A stretch of 64,000 bases of DNA, taken from the NCBI GenBank assembly GCA_046483445.1, contig JAWODD010000028.1, positions 131,568 to 195,567 of the forward strand, read 5' to 3'. The DNA comes from Bacillota bacterium (GTDB lineage: Bacteria; Bacillota; Dethiobacteria; DTU022). Positions within the stretch are counted from its first letter, which is position 1; every line of letters starts with the position of its first letter. This document shows positions 28,190-38,908 of this stretch, one piece after another. Below the pieces are notes generated by a model. The model was not told the origin of the DNA. It saw only the letters and a program-made list of their open reading frames with translations, and made no database searches. The position numbers and the translations under genes were made by a program.

Positions 28190-29437
28190 TTGGATATTCC
28201 GGGAGGGATTGTAATTACCATGGCAACTAAGTGGACACAACTGGCAGGCAGAAGTATCACTGCAGTGCCGGGGTTTAAGACTGCAGGAGTAGCCTGCGGA
28301 CTAAAAAACAGCAAGAAAGATGTTGCTGTAATCTACAGTAAAGAGAAGGCCCGGGCTGCGGGGGTATTTACCCTGAACCAGGTCCAGGCTGCACCGGTGC
28401 ACCTGTGCAAAAAGCATCTGGCAAACCCTGTTCAGGCAGTGGTGGTCAACAGCGGCAATGCCAATGCCTGCACCGGGAAGCAGGGGATGAAAGACGCTTA
28501 TAAAATGGCTAAAAAAACCGCGGCTGCATTGAATTTAGATCCCGGTCAGGTTTTGATTTGTTCAACGGGCGTAATTGGCGAACCGCTGCCTATGGAAAAA
28601 GTAGAAGCCGGGATAGAAAAGGCGGTGGCGGCCCTGGGCGAAGGAGAGGATGCAGATATTGATACCGCCCGGGCTATTTTAACCACGGATACCAAAATTA
28701 AGGCTTCGGCTTATTGCTGCAGCTTACCGGCAGGAGATATATACCTGGCCGGGATTGCCAAGGGTTCGGGGATGATCTGTCCAAACATGGCAACAATGCT
28801 GGCCTTTTTAACTACCAATGTTAAAATTGAACAGCCTTTACTCCAGGAATTATTTAGTGAGGCTGCCAACAAAACCTTTAATGCAATTACGGTTGATGGA
28901 GAAACTTCGACCAATGATACTGCTCTCATCCTTGCCAACAATGCAGAAGAGGGACCTGATATAACCAGGGGCAGTGAAGACTGCGAACAGTTTAAAATGA
29001 TGCTGGAACAGGTTTGCCAGGAACTGGCCTTCTTAATTGTTGAGGACGGTGAGGGTATTACCAAAGTGATTACCCTGGCTATTAAAGGAGCTGCAGATGA
29101 GGAAGGGGGTAGGATTATGGCCCGCAGTGTGCTTAATTCGCCCCTGGTGAAAACTGCCTTTTACGGTGAAGATGCCAACTGGGGACGTATTCTTGCCGCT
29201 CTCGGTTATTCCGGGGTCAAGTTTGATCCCCACAGGGTGGATATTTTTATCGGTTCCTGCCAGCTGGCGGCAGATGGCGGAGCGGTCCCTTTTAGCGAAG
29301 CAGAAATGAAAAAAATCCTGCAAGAGCGGGATATCCAGGTTACAATCGACCTCAAACAGGGACCGGTGGAAGTAAAAGCCTGGGGCACTGATATGAGCCA
29401 TGAATATATCAGCATAAACAGTGCTTATCGTTCTTAA
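28190..29437 (+). CDS. argJ: Bifunctional glutamate N-acetyltransferase / amino-acid acetyltransferase
   Basis: The ArgJ fold is present, including the autoprocessing region. An alternative start lies at 28220. Confidence 0.85.
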   Translation: MDIPGGIVITMATKWTQLAGRSITAVPGFKTAGVACGLKNSKKDVAVIYSKEKARAAGVFTLNQVQAAPVHLCKKHLANPVQAVVVNSGNANACTGKQGMKDAYKMAKKTAAALNLDPGQVLICSTGVIGEPLPMEKVEAGIEKAVAALGEGEDADIDTARAILTTDTKIKASAYCCSLPAGDIYLAGIAKGSGMICPNMATMLAFLTTNVKIEQPLLQELFSEAANKTFNAITVDGETSTNDTALILANNAEEGPDITRGSEDCEQFKMMLEQVCQELAFLIVEDGEGITKVITLAIKGAADEEGGRIMARSVLNSPLVKTAFYGEDANWGRILAALGYSGVKFDPHRVDIFIGSCQLAADGGAVPFSEAEMKKILQERDIQVTIDLKQGPVEVKAWGTDMSHEYISINSAYRS

Positions 29438-29448
29438 GGAGAAAGCGG

Positions 29449-30354
29449 GTGAGTCAGATGAATCAGGAAGCTTTAAATAACATCCCAAAAGCGGAAGTGT
29501 TGGTGGAAGCTCTACCTTATATGCGAGAATTTGCCGGCAAGTATTTTGTGGTCAAGTATGGTGGGCAGGCGATGGTCAGCCAGGACTTGATGGAATCGGT
29601 AATTGTAGACCTGGTTTTACTCAAGTATATCGGGGTTAAACCGGTTTTGGTCCATGGTGGTGGTAAAGAGGTTTCCACTGTAATGGAAAAAATGGGGAAA
29701 GAACCAAAGTTCGTTAACGGCCTGCGGGTTACCGACGATGAAACCATGGAAATCGTGGAAATGGTGTTAAATGGTAAAATCAACCAGAAAATCGTTAGTC
29801 TTTTCAACCAGCAGGGAGGAAAGGCGGTTGGCTTCAGCGGCCGGGATGCTGAAATTCTCCAGGCGCGCAGAGTCGGCAGTCAACCTGCCGGCGGTTCTTC
29901 AGGTGAGAGCGTTGATTTGGGTAGAGTGGGGGAAATCATGCAAATAAATCCCGACCTGTTGGAAGCTGTCAGTGACAGCGGTTACATTCCGGTACTTTCC
30001 TCGATTGGTTCAGGCATGAACGGGGAAAGTCTAAATATTAACGCCGACCATGTTGCCGGTGAACTGGCTGTCGCTTTAAAAGCGGAAAAGTTGATAGTAT
30101 TAAGCGATGTTGACGGTGTTTACCGGGAAGAAGAGGGCGAACAGGAATTTATTTCTTCGATAAGCAAAAGCGAAATTAGAACAATGATCATGAGCGGGGC
30201 TATTTCCGGAGGGATGATTCCGAAAGTGGAATCATGCCTGCTTGCCCTCGATGGCGGAGTGCGGCGGACTCACATTATTGACGGCAGGGTTCCTCACTCG
30301 CTCATTTTGGAAATCTTTACCGATTCAGGAATTGGTACTATGGTCAAGCAATAA
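29449..30354 (+). CDS. argB: Acetylglutamate kinase
   Basis: The amino-acid-kinase fold is present with ...KYGGQAM... Confidence 0.85.
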   Translation: MSQMNQEALNNIPKAEVLVEALPYMREFAGKYFVVKYGGQAMVSQDLMESVIVDLVLLKYIGVKPVLVHGGGKEVSTVMEKMGKEPKFVNGLRVTDDETMEIVEMVLNGKINQKIVSLFNQQGGKAVGFSGRDAEILQARRVGSQPAGGSSGESVDLGRVGEIMQINPDLLEAVSDSGYIPVLSSIGSGMNGESLNINADHVAGELAVALKAEKLIVLSDVDGVYREEEGEQEFISSISKSEIRTMIMSGAISGGMIPKVESCLLALDGGVRRTHIIDGRVPHSLILEIFTDSGIGTMVKQ

Positions 30355-30480
30355 CAAAAGTAAATCCTGTTCGTGTAGTAACAGGGGTACAAAAAAACTA
30401 TTTATTGTATAAATTATCGGTATTAGGAAAGCTTTTAGTTATAGGCCATCGGAAATCATATTGAAAGGAGGTTTAAACCG

Positions 30481-31671
30481 GTGAAACAAATTGAATCGCT
30501 GGAAGCAAAGTATATTATCAATACATATGGGCGTAAATTCGGACAAACCCCGGCACTGGTAAGAGGAGTAGGGTCGTACGTATGGGATGATCAGGGGAAA
30601 ATTTATCTTGACCTGTTGGCTGGGCTGGCGGTGAATATAGTCGGCCACTGCCACCCGGAGGTAACCGCTGCCATTAAAAAGCAAGCCGAAATGCTGATGC
30701 ATACTTCCAATTTGTATTACAGTAAGCCCCAGGGGGAGTTGGCTGCCCTGTTAGTGGAAAGTGCGATGCCCGGTGGTAAAGTATTTTTTGCCAACAGTGG
30801 AGCTGAAGCCAATGAAGCAGCAATAAAGCTGGCCCGGAAAAGAAATAGTGAGCGCTACAAAGTTATAACCGCACATAATTCCTTTCACGGACGGACCCTG
30901 GCAACCCTGGCAGCAACCGGTCAACCCAAACACCACAAAGGTTTTGAACCGCTACCCGAAGGTTTTGCCTGCGCTGAATTCAATGATTTAGATTCGTTTG
31001 CCAGCCTGGCTGATGGGCAAACAGCGGCAGTCTTAATTGAACCGGTACAGGGTGAAGGCGGGGTGCATGTTGCGGAAGAAAGTTTTATCAAGGGGTTAAG
31101 AGAACTTTGTGACGAAGCAAACCTTCTGCTTATATTCGATGAAATCCAGTGTGGCATGGGCCGGACCGGGAAGCTGTGGGCTTTTGAGAACTATGGGGTT
31201 ACCCCCGATCTCTTAACCGTAGCCAAAGGACTGGGCGGAGGGCTGCCTGTTGGAGCCATGGTGGCTGCCGAACCTTATGCAGAAATTCTGCAGCCGGGCG
31301 AGCATGCTTCCACTTTTGGGGGTAACCAGGTGGTATGCAGTGCAGCTCAGGCAGTTTTTAAGATCTTACAGGAAGAAAACTTTTTAGAACAAGTTCGTCA
31401 TAAGGGTTATATGATCAGGACCGCCATGGAAGAAATAGTGAAAAAGTATCCGCAACTGGTTAAGGAATTTCGGGGTATGGGGCTTATTTGTGCCCTTGAA
31501 TTGGACCAGCCGGTGGCTAAAGAAATCTTGGCCAGATGCACAGCGGAGGGAGTGCTGATTAATGCCATCGGTGAAAATATCCTGCGCTTTTTGCCACCGT
31601 TAATTATTGCGGATAAAGAGCTTAAAGAAGGGTTTAAGGTTATTGATCAGGTGTTGAAGGAGTTTAGCTAG
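30481..31671 (+). CDS. argD: Acetylornithine aminotransferase
   Basis: It is a class III PLP aminotransferase. The GTG start lies behind an AAAGGAGG SD. Confidence 0.85.
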   Translation: MKQIESLEAKYIINTYGRKFGQTPALVRGVGSYVWDDQGKIYLDLLAGLAVNIVGHCHPEVTAAIKKQAEMLMHTSNLYYSKPQGELAALLVESAMPGGKVFFANSGAEANEAAIKLARKRNSERYKVITAHNSFHGRTLATLAATGQPKHHKGFEPLPEGFACAEFNDLDSFASLADGQTAAVLIEPVQGEGGVHVAEESFIKGLRELCDEANLLLIFDEIQCGMGRTGKLWAFENYGVTPDLLTVAKGLGGGLPVGAMVAAEPYAEILQPGEHASTFGGNQVVCSAAQAVFKILQEENFLEQVRHKGYMIRTAMEEIVKKYPQLVKEFRGMGLICALELDQPVAKEILARCTAEGVLINAIGENILRFLPPLIIADKELKEGFKVIDQVLKEFS

Positions 31672-31699
31672 TCTATTTTTTTAAATATGGAAGGTGATT

Positions 31700-32938
31700 A
31701 TGATGGCGAAGGAAAAGGTGGTATTGGCTTATTCAGGCGGGTTGGATACGTCAGTTATAGTTAAGTGGCTTAAGGAAGAATATAATTATGATATTGTCGC
31801 TGTTACAGCCGATGTGGGCCAGGGAGAAGGAGAATTGGAAGGTTTGGAAGAAAAGGCAATCAAAAGCGGTGCTTCCGAAGTTTATATCGAAGATATCCGC
31901 GAAGAACTGGTTACCGATTACATTTATCCCATGGTTCAATCGGGAGCGATTTATGAGGGTAAATACCTCCTGGGAACTGCTATCGCTCGGCCGATTATTG
32001 GCAAAAAACTGGTCGAAATTGCGGAAAAAGTAGGAGCGGTAGCAGTAGCTCATGGCGCTACCGGCAAAGGCAATGATCAGGTGCGCTTTGAGTTTTCTGT
32101 TAAAGCGCTGAACCCTTTCTTGAAAATTATTGCCCCCTGGAGGGAATGGGGCTTGCAGTCAAGAAGTGATTGCATGGAATACGCCAGTAATCATAATATT
32201 CCGATCCCGGTTACGGTTGAAGAACCGTATAGCACTGACCGGAACCTGTGGCACATCAGTTTTGAAGGCGGCATCTTAGAAGACCCTGACCGTTTGCCTG
32301 ACCGGGATATGTACCAGCTGACCTGCGATCCCCTGGAAGCCCCGGATGAACCGGAAGAGGTTACAATCAGCTTTGAAAAAGGGATCCCTTACGCGGTAAA
32401 TGGCAAAAAACTGAAACCGGTGGAATTAATTGAAGAGCTTAACTTAATTGCCGGCAGGCACGGGGTGGGTCGGATTGATATGGTTGAAAACCGGTTGCTT
32501 GGTATGAAATCGCGCGGTATTTATGAAACCCCGGGCGGCTCCCTTATAACTTTTGCCCACCGGGAACTGGAACAGTATACTCTGGACCGGGAAACTTATC
32601 ACTACAAAGAAACGATAGCCTTGAAATATGCAGAGTTAATCTATTATGGATTGTGGTTTACTCCCCTGCGGGAGGCACTGGCTAGTTTTGTGAGCTCAAC
32701 CCAGGAAACAGTTACCGGCTCGATAAAGCTTAAGCTGTTTAAGGGTAATTTGGTGGTAGCCGGCCGGGAATCGGACCATACCCTTTACCACCCGGATATG
32801 GTCACTTTTGAAGCGGACGAACTGTTCAACCAGCAGGATGCCCAGGGCTTTATCAATCTTTATGGTTTACCGCTGACAATAAAAGGTATTATGGATCGAG
32901 AGAGGAAAAAACAGTACCAGGAGGTAGGCAAAAGCTGA
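31700..32938 (+). CDS. argG: Argininosuccinate synthase
   Basis: The PP-loop AYSGGLDTS is present. Confidence 0.85.
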   Translation: MMAKEKVVLAYSGGLDTSVIVKWLKEEYNYDIVAVTADVGQGEGELEGLEEKAIKSGASEVYIEDIREELVTDYIYPMVQSGAIYEGKYLLGTAIARPIIGKKLVEIAEKVGAVAVAHGATGKGNDQVRFEFSVKALNPFLKIIAPWREWGLQSRSDCMEYASNHNIPIPVTVEEPYSTDRNLWHISFEGGILEDPDRLPDRDMYQLTCDPLEAPDEPEEVTISFEKGIPYAVNGKKLKPVELIEELNLIAGRHGVGRIDMVENRLLGMKSRGIYETPGGSLITFAHRELEQYTLDRETYHYKETIALKYAELIYYGLWFTPLREALASFVSSTQETVTGSIKLKLFKGNLVVAGRESDHTLYHPDMVTFEADELFNQQDAQGFINLYGLPLTIKGIMDRERKKQYQEVGKS

Positions 32939-32943
32939 AAATA

Positions 32944-34311
32944 ATGTGGCAGGGACGTTTTTCCAAAGAGACTGAAAAAGAAGTCCTTCACTTTACCGCA
33001 TCACTGCCCTTTGACAGACGCCTGGCAATGTGCGACATCAAGGGAAGTACTGCCCATGTGGAAATGCTTGCTGCGCAAAATATTATCTGCCAGGCTGATG
33101 CGGATTCAATTATCAAGGGGCTTGAAGAGATCCGGGAAGAGATTGCCAATGATCAATTTCCTTATGATCTTGATTTTGAAGATATTCATATGAATATTGA
33201 AAAAAGACTTACCGAAATTATCGGGTCGGTGGGGGGCAAACTGCATACCGGACGCAGCCGCAATGACCAGGTAGCCCTGGATATGCATCTATATATGAAA
33301 GAAGAAACCCTTGCTATTAACCGCTCCCTTATAAAGCTCCAGGAAACTATACTTAATATGGCGGAACAATTTGCAGGGGTTCTGATTCCCGGCTACACTC
33401 ATCTACAAAGAGCTCAGCCGGTTTTACTATCTCACCATTTTATGGCTTATTTTTGGATGTTTGATCGGGACCGGGGTCGCCTGGTGGTAGCTTACCGGGG
33501 CGCTGATATTATGCCCCTGGGCGCGGGAGCCCTGGCCGGAACCGGCTTTGCAGTTGATCGGGAAATGGTAGCGGATAAGCTGGGCTTTGAAGAGATCTAT
33601 GAAAACAGTATTGATGCTGTTAGTGACCGGGATTACCTTATTGAGTTTATGACCTTTGCCGCAACTTTAATCATGCATTTGAGCCGGTTTTGTGAAGAAC
33701 TGGTGCTCTGGTCCTCTTTTGAGTACGATTTTATCGAACTTGATGACGCTTTCACCACCGGGAGCAGTATGATGCCGCAGAAAAAGAACCCCGACCTGGC
33801 TGAACTGATCCGGGGCAAAAGCGGCAGGGTATATGGTCATTTATTTTCTTTGCTGACCATGATGAAAGGATTGCCGCTGGCCTACAACAAGGACATGCAG
33901 GAAGACAAGGAAGGGGTTTTTGATGCTATTGATAACTTAAAAGCCCTTTTACCTTTATTTACAGATATGCTTAAAACTATGAAAATAAACCACGCTCGTC
34001 TTGAAGAAGCGGTAGATGATGACTACCTTTGTGCTACAGATCTGGCTGATTATTTAGTCAGGGAAGGAGTTAGTTTCAGGGAAGCCCATCATTGCATTGG
34101 TGAAATGATTGCATTTTGCCAGAAAGAAGGTTTCAGGTTAAAAGAGCTCAGCCCGCAGCAAAGGGAACAGTTCCATCCGGCCCTGGCTAAAGAAATCAGT
34201 TTTTTGCTTGATCCGCAAAAAGTGGTTGAAGCTCGCAAAAGCCGCGGGGGGACAGCCCCTACGGCAGTAAAAGAACAACTTAAAAAAGCGCGGGAAAGAT
34301 TGATCGGTTGA
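32944..34311 (+). CDS. argH: Argininosuccinate lyase
   Basis: It belongs to the fumarate-lyase family and carries the GSSMMPQKKNPD signature. Confidence 0.85.
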   Translation: MWQGRFSKETEKEVLHFTASLPFDRRLAMCDIKGSTAHVEMLAAQNIICQADADSIIKGLEEIREEIANDQFPYDLDFEDIHMNIEKRLTEIIGSVGGKLHTGRSRNDQVALDMHLYMKEETLAINRSLIKLQETILNMAEQFAGVLIPGYTHLQRAQPVLLSHHFMAYFWMFDRDRGRLVVAYRGADIMPLGAGALAGTGFAVDREMVADKLGFEEIYENSIDAVSDRDYLIEFMTFAATLIMHLSRFCEELVLWSSFEYDFIELDDAFTTGSSMMPQKKNPDLAELIRGKSGRVYGHLFSLLTMMKGLPLAYNKDMQEDKEGVFDAIDNLKALLPLFTDMLKTMKINHARLEEAVDDDYLCATDLADYLVREGVSFREAHHCIGEMIAFCQKEGFRLKELSPQQREQFHPALAKEISFLLDPQKVVEARKSRGGTAPTAVKEQLKKARERLIG

Positions 34312-34357
34312 CAGATAAAGTTTATTAGTCTTATAATTTTCCAGTAGTTATTGAGGC

Positions 34358-34391
34358 GGGCACGGAGCAACGTGCCCTTATTTGTGAGCAA
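34358..34391 (+). terminator. Intrinsic terminator after argH
   Basis: GGGCACG-gagcaa-CGTGCCC is followed by TTATTTGT. Confidence 0.5.
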
Positions 34392-34405
34392 AAAGGAGCG
34401 CAATT

Positions 34406-36127
34406 ATGAAAGAGTTGCAGCAAACATTATCACAGATTGATGGAAAAGGTTATAAAGCCTACAAGAAACTCCAGGGTCAGAGTTTTCATTTCCCCGGCTT
34501 TGAGTTGTTGTTTTACCAGGTGCAGGGTGATCCTTTTGCGGCCCCTTCCCGGGTTGCAGTCCGCGTGCCGCAGAAAAAAGCGGCGTTTCCTAAAGAAAGT
34601 TACCAGCCTGGAATCAGGCAGGTAGCTCTTACCGATTACCTGACCCGCTGTTTCCATAAAAGTATAAAGAACTATGCCCGGGGGAAAAGAGGCAGTGGTA
34701 AAAGCGGTGCTTTCCAGATCGACCGTCCCGACCAGGAAGTTTTAGAAAGGACCAGTGTTTCAGTTAACGGAGAAATAGTAGAAGCCCGCTTTTTTGCCGG
34801 CCTTCCTGCGGCCGGTCGCAAGGTCCTCGGCCGTGAAGCCGCTGAAATGTTTTTGAACGAGCTTCCCAAGCTGGTTGAAAACAGCCTTGTTTATAATAAT
34901 TTACCTCAAAAAGAGCTATTTAACCATGTTTATACCGTAGAAAACCAGGAGGTAATGCGCAGCCTACTCGAGGAAAAGGGATTGATTGCTTTTGTTGCCA
35001 ACGGAGCGATTTTACCGCGGCGGAGCGGCGTAGACCAGAGGCCCCTTTCCGCCAATAAGGCCATTGCTTTTGAAACTCCCCCGGAGCTTGCCGTGGAGCT
35101 AGATAGGCCTCATGGCGGGAAAATCAGGGGGATGGGTGTCCCCAAGGGTGTAAATCTAATAGTTGGTGGCGGCTACCATGGTAAGTCAACCCTGCTTAGA
35201 GCTTTGGAGCAAAGCGTTTACAATCACAAGCCAGGAGACGGCCGCGAAGGTGTGGTTGCCCATTCGACAGCTTTCAAAATACGAGCAGAGGACGGCCGCA
35301 GGGTGGAAAAAGTTAACATTAGCCCCTTCATCAATAATTTGCCTTTTGGCCAGGATACATGCGAATTTTCTTCCGAAGAAGCCAGTGGCAGTACCTCCCA
35401 GGCCGCCAATATCATTGAATCCTTGGAAGCTGGAGCTAATGTTTTATTGATGGACGAAGATACTTCAGCTACCAATTTCATGATTCGAGATATGCGGATG
35501 CAGCGCCTGGTTGCCAAGGAGAAAGAACCGATCACTCCTTTTATAGACAAGGTGCAGCAGCTCTACCGGGATAGGGACATTTCTACGGTGGTGGTGATCG
35601 GTGGAGCCGGAGATTATTTTGATGTTGCCGATACTGTATTGATGATGGAAACGTACCGTCCCTTTTTGGTTACCGATCAAGCAAAAGAAATTGCTCGCCT
35701 TTATCCCAATCAACGGGTTCAGGAAACAGGCCATACCTTTGGTGAACTGCAAGAAAGGATTCCCCGGCCAGGAACGATAGACCCCACTAGAAAGAACAAA
35801 GTAAAAGTTAAAGCCCAGGGTATCGAGGGCCTGCAGTTTGGGTATGAGGATATTGATTTACATTATGTGGAGCAAATCTTGGATCCTTCCCAAACCAGGG
35901 CTATTGGTGAAATGATTTGCTATGCTTTAAGAGAAAAGCTAATTGATGGCCGGAGGCCTATGAAAAAAATTATAGGCCAAATTAATTCGCTGATTGATGA
36001 AAAGGGCTTGGAGGCTGTTTCTCCGAACCCGCAAAAGCCGCGGGGGGATTTTGCCCGGCCGCGAAGCCTGGAAGTAGCGGCGGCAATAAACCGCCTGCGC
36101 ACTCTTAAGGTGGATTTTAACCACTGA
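34406..36127 (+). CDS. Uncharacterised ABC-class ATPase (COG3044 / ABC_ATPase family)
   Basis: 573 aa with the P-loop GGGYHGKSTLLRAL. It has no partner transporter genes and is monocistronic between two terminators. Confidence 0.65.
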   Translation: MKELQQTLSQIDGKGYKAYKKLQGQSFHFPGFELLFYQVQGDPFAAPSRVAVRVPQKKAAFPKESYQPGIRQVALTDYLTRCFHKSIKNYARGKRGSGKSGAFQIDRPDQEVLERTSVSVNGEIVEARFFAGLPAAGRKVLGREAAEMFLNELPKLVENSLVYNNLPQKELFNHVYTVENQEVMRSLLEEKGLIAFVANGAILPRRSGVDQRPLSANKAIAFETPPELAVELDRPHGGKIRGMGVPKGVNLIVGGGYHGKSTLLRALEQSVYNHKPGDGREGVVAHSTAFKIRAEDGRRVEKVNISPFINNLPFGQDTCEFSSEEASGSTSQAANIIESLEAGANVLLMDEDTSATNFMIRDMRMQRLVAKEKEPITPFIDKVQQLYRDRDISTVVVIGGAGDYFDVADTVLMMETYRPFLVTDQAKEIARLYPNQRVQETGHTFGELQERIPRPGTIDPTRKNKVKVKAQGIEGLQFGYEDIDLHYVEQILDPSQTRAIGEMICYALREKLIDGRRPMKKIIGQINSLIDEKGLEAVSPNPQKPRGDFARPRSLEVAAAINRLRTLKVDFNH

Positions 36128-36132
36128 TTAAA

Positions 36133-36166
36133 AAGCGGGGCCTATTAGAAGGCCTCGCTTTTATTC
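36133..36166. terminator. Bidirectional terminator between the convergent COG3044 and fadD genes
   Basis: GCGGGGCC-tattagaa-GGCCTCGC is followed by TTTTATT. Confidence 0.5.
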
Positions 36167-36211
36167 CGGTACCAATAAGTAGCAATTGCTATTTTTAAAA
36201 TAAACTTGCTG

Positions 36212-37906
36212 CTACTGTTCTTTTTCTTGATCTTGTTCCTGGTTCTTTTTCTCTTCTTCTTCTCGCAGCATTCGGCGCAATACTTTACCGATCATTGTCT
36301 TGGGTAGTTCATCCCTAAAATCGACTAACTTGGGCACCTTGTAAGGTGCCAGGTTGGCTTTGCAGTGTTCCCTGACTTCTTCTTCAGTTAAACTTTCGCC
36401 TTCTCTGAGGACCACATATGCTTTTAGGGTTTCTCCGCGGTAGGGATCCCTGATGCCGGCCACGGCTGCTTCCATAATTTTTGGATGGGCATAAAGCACT
36501 TCTTCAATATCGCGGGGATAAATATTAAATCCTCCGGCAATGACCATGTCTTTTTTTCGGTCAACAATATAAGCGTATCCTTCTTCATCGGCTTTGGCGA
36601 TATCTCCGGTGAAAAACCAGCCGTTGCGGATACTTTGGGCAGTTTCATCTGGCATGTTCAGGTAGCCTTCCATGACCTGGGGGCCGCGGATGCAAATTTC
36701 ACCCGGTTCCCCAACCGGCATTTCTTTATCGCCGGTTTCAACATCAACTATTTTATACTCGGTGTCAGGCATGGGCAGACCGATGCTTCCCGGTTTACGT
36801 TTGCCATAAATCGGGTTGGCATGGGTAACCGGTGAAGTTTCGGATAAACCGTAGCCTTCTACTAATTTACCCCCGGTATTTTTTTCGAATTCCTGTTGCA
36901 CTTCCACCGGTAGCGGAGCTGCCCCGCTAATGCAAACTCTGATTGATTTGATATCATATTTGTGTAAGTTTTGGGCGTTGTTTATAGCCACATAAATAGT
37001 GGGTACGCCGGGGAAAAGGGTTGGTTTTTGTTTGTCGATTGCTTTAAGCACATTTTCCAGTTCAAACCTGGGTAGCAGCACCAGTTTGGCCCCGTTAAGC
37101 AGGCCAAGGTTCAAGATTGTAGTTAGGCCGTAGCTATGGAAAAACGGTAGAACCCCCAGGATTACTTCTTTTCCGTCCTGATAATCAGTGCACCATGATT
37201 TAACCTGCAAGCAGTTTGCGACCAGGTTGCGATGCTGCAGGATGGCACCTTTTGATACCCCGGTAGTTCCACCGGTATACAGGAAAACAGCTCTATCTGA
37301 TGGGACCACTTCTACCTGCGGCGGTTTTTTACCCGAATACTTGTTGATTAGATCGGTAAAAGAATAATCTTCCCTGGCAATTTCTACTTTATCTCCCTCT
37401 TTTTTTTCCTTGGCCACAGTATAGAGGAAACTTAAGAAACCAGGAAAGTAGTCCTTGATATGGCTGACGATAACATTTTTTACATTAGTCTTGGGCTGCA
37501 CTTCTTTGATCATCTTGTAAAACCGGGTTAGTGTAATAATAGTTTCTGCCCCGGAATCTTTTAACTGGTATTCCATTTCTCGAGCTACATAAAGCGGGTT
37601 GCAGGGAACAACAATTGCCCCGAGTGAAAGAGCAGCAAAAAATGCGATCGGAAATTGGGTGCTGTTGGGCAAGTGAATAGCAACCCGGTCGCCTTTTTTT
37701 ACACCCATTTCCGAAAGAGCGCTGGCTAGACTTTCAGCTTGGGAATGTAGTTCCCCGTAAGTTAATTCTTTGCCCATGAAATGAACGGCAGCTTTTTCTT
37801 TATGAGTTTCAGCGGTCTGGTTAAACAGTTGATAAAGTGAAAGCTCGGGGTAATCAAGAGTGTGTGGGACTCTCGGTTCATAGTTGTTAAGCCAAACTTT
37901 TTCCAT
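36212..37906 (-). CDS. fadD: Long-chain-fatty-acid--CoA ligase (AMP-binding)
   Basis: The AMP-binding motifs YTGGTTGVSKG and ...GYGLSE... are present. There is a low-complexity E/K/Q tail. Confidence 0.85.
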   Translation of the reverse strand: MEKVWLNNYEPRVPHTLDYPELSLYQLFNQTAETHKEKAAVHFMGKELTYGELHSQAESLASALSEMGVKKGDRVAIHLPNSTQFPIAFFAALSLGAIVVPCNPLYVAREMEYQLKDSGAETIITLTRFYKMIKEVQPKTNVKNVIVSHIKDYFPGFLSFLYTVAKEKKEGDKVEIAREDYSFTDLINKYSGKKPPQVEVVPSDRAVFLYTGGTTGVSKGAILQHRNLVANCLQVKSWCTDYQDGKEVILGVLPFFHSYGLTTILNLGLLNGAKLVLLPRFELENVLKAIDKQKPTLFPGVPTIYVAINNAQNLHKYDIKSIRVCISGAAPLPVEVQQEFEKNTGGKLVEGYGLSETSPVTHANPIYGKRKPGSIGLPMPDTEYKIVDVETGDKEMPVGEPGEICIRGPQVMEGYLNMPDETAQSIRNGWFFTGDIAKADEEGYAYIVDRKKDMVIAGGFNIYPRDIEEVLYAHPKIMEAAVAGIRDPYRGETLKAYVVLREGESLTEEEVREHCKANLAPYKVPKLVDFRDELPKTMIGKVLRRMLREEEEKKNQEQDQEKEQ

Positions 37907-38027
37907 GCAGTTCTTTCCTCCTTTAAAGTTTCGTGCGTTCTAATTACTGTATTACCGCTTTATCCATTCGCCAAACTTTTCTCATTTCCTTCTTATTTTT
38001 TTAAAAATAAACACAACCATAAATAAT

Positions 38028-38432
38028 TTAAAAAATACTTGTAATAAACCAGGCAATCATTCCGACTTCCAGGACAAGTTTGAAGGGCAGGGCGCCAAAA
38101 AAACCAAGAGAAGCTCCGACTCCGGATCTGATGGCCTGGGCGGTTTGGCGCCTGTAGATTAGTTCTGCCAGGACCGCTCCCAGGAAAGGACCTAAAAGCA
38201 GGCCTAATGGAAAAAAGAAAAGGCCGATTGACAAACCGATAGCAGCGCCCCAGAAGCCTGCTTTTGAACCTCCAAAGTAACGGCTGCCCATGCCAGAGAA
38301 TAAGTTGTCGATTCCCATGACTACGCCGGCCAGTACTGCCTGAGCTACAAAAAAGAAAACACTGAAATCATCAAAACCGGCAATGAAGCCGTATACAAGC
38401 ATACCCGTCCAGATCATAGGAGGTCCGGGCAT
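38028..38432 (-). CDS. DUF456-family membrane protein; the real start is probably upstream (non-ATG) near 38483
   Basis: The conserved PGPP motif lies at the ATG-defined start. The in-frame upstream codons encode the expected N-terminal TM helix TIDIIALIVASLFFIVGLIGTLVPV-MPGPP, and there is a GGAGGGG SD 5 nt before an ATC codon. Confidence 0.6.
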   Translation of the reverse strand: MPGPPMIWTGMLVYGFIAGFDDFSVFFFVAQAVLAGVVMGIDNLFSGMGSRYFGGSKAGFWGAAIGLSIGLFFFPLGLLLGPFLGAVLAELIYRRQTAQAIRSGVGASLGFFGALPFKLVLEVGMIAWFITSIF

Positions 38433-38908
38433 TACCGGGACAAGGGTGCCAATTAGCCCAACAATAAAAAATAAAGACGCTACGATAAGAGCTATTATAT
38501 CGATAGTAACCCCTCCACTCTTTAAACAAATATATTTATATGCCTAATCATAGCATATCTGTTAAGAGAAAAGGGGAAATGAGCGGTCAAATAAAATAAT
38601 TTCTGTTTCCAGCAAAATTGGTCTTGAAATGTACATTTCCGAAAAAGTTATTTTTGATAATAGAAGTAGCTGGGTGCATCATTAACACTTAAGGCAAGAT
38701 CATTTGTAGTAACCGGTATCTTTAAAACTTTATTACTATAGTTGATGCAGTTTAAACCCTTGTGAACGCAGGGGCTTTACTATTAATAATTATGACCATT
38801 AAAGTGGCTATGTGGCTTTTCATTATCAACTGATGATGATATAATTAGGTAGAAAATGCAGTATTTATACCGTCAATAAAATATTTATATTGCAACAGGA
38901 AGGCAGGT

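Noticed and set aside
38760-38780. A Rex-operator-like half-site, TTGTGAA, upstream of the histidine kinase.
   Set aside because: The second half-site, TTCACAA, is missing at the expected spacing.
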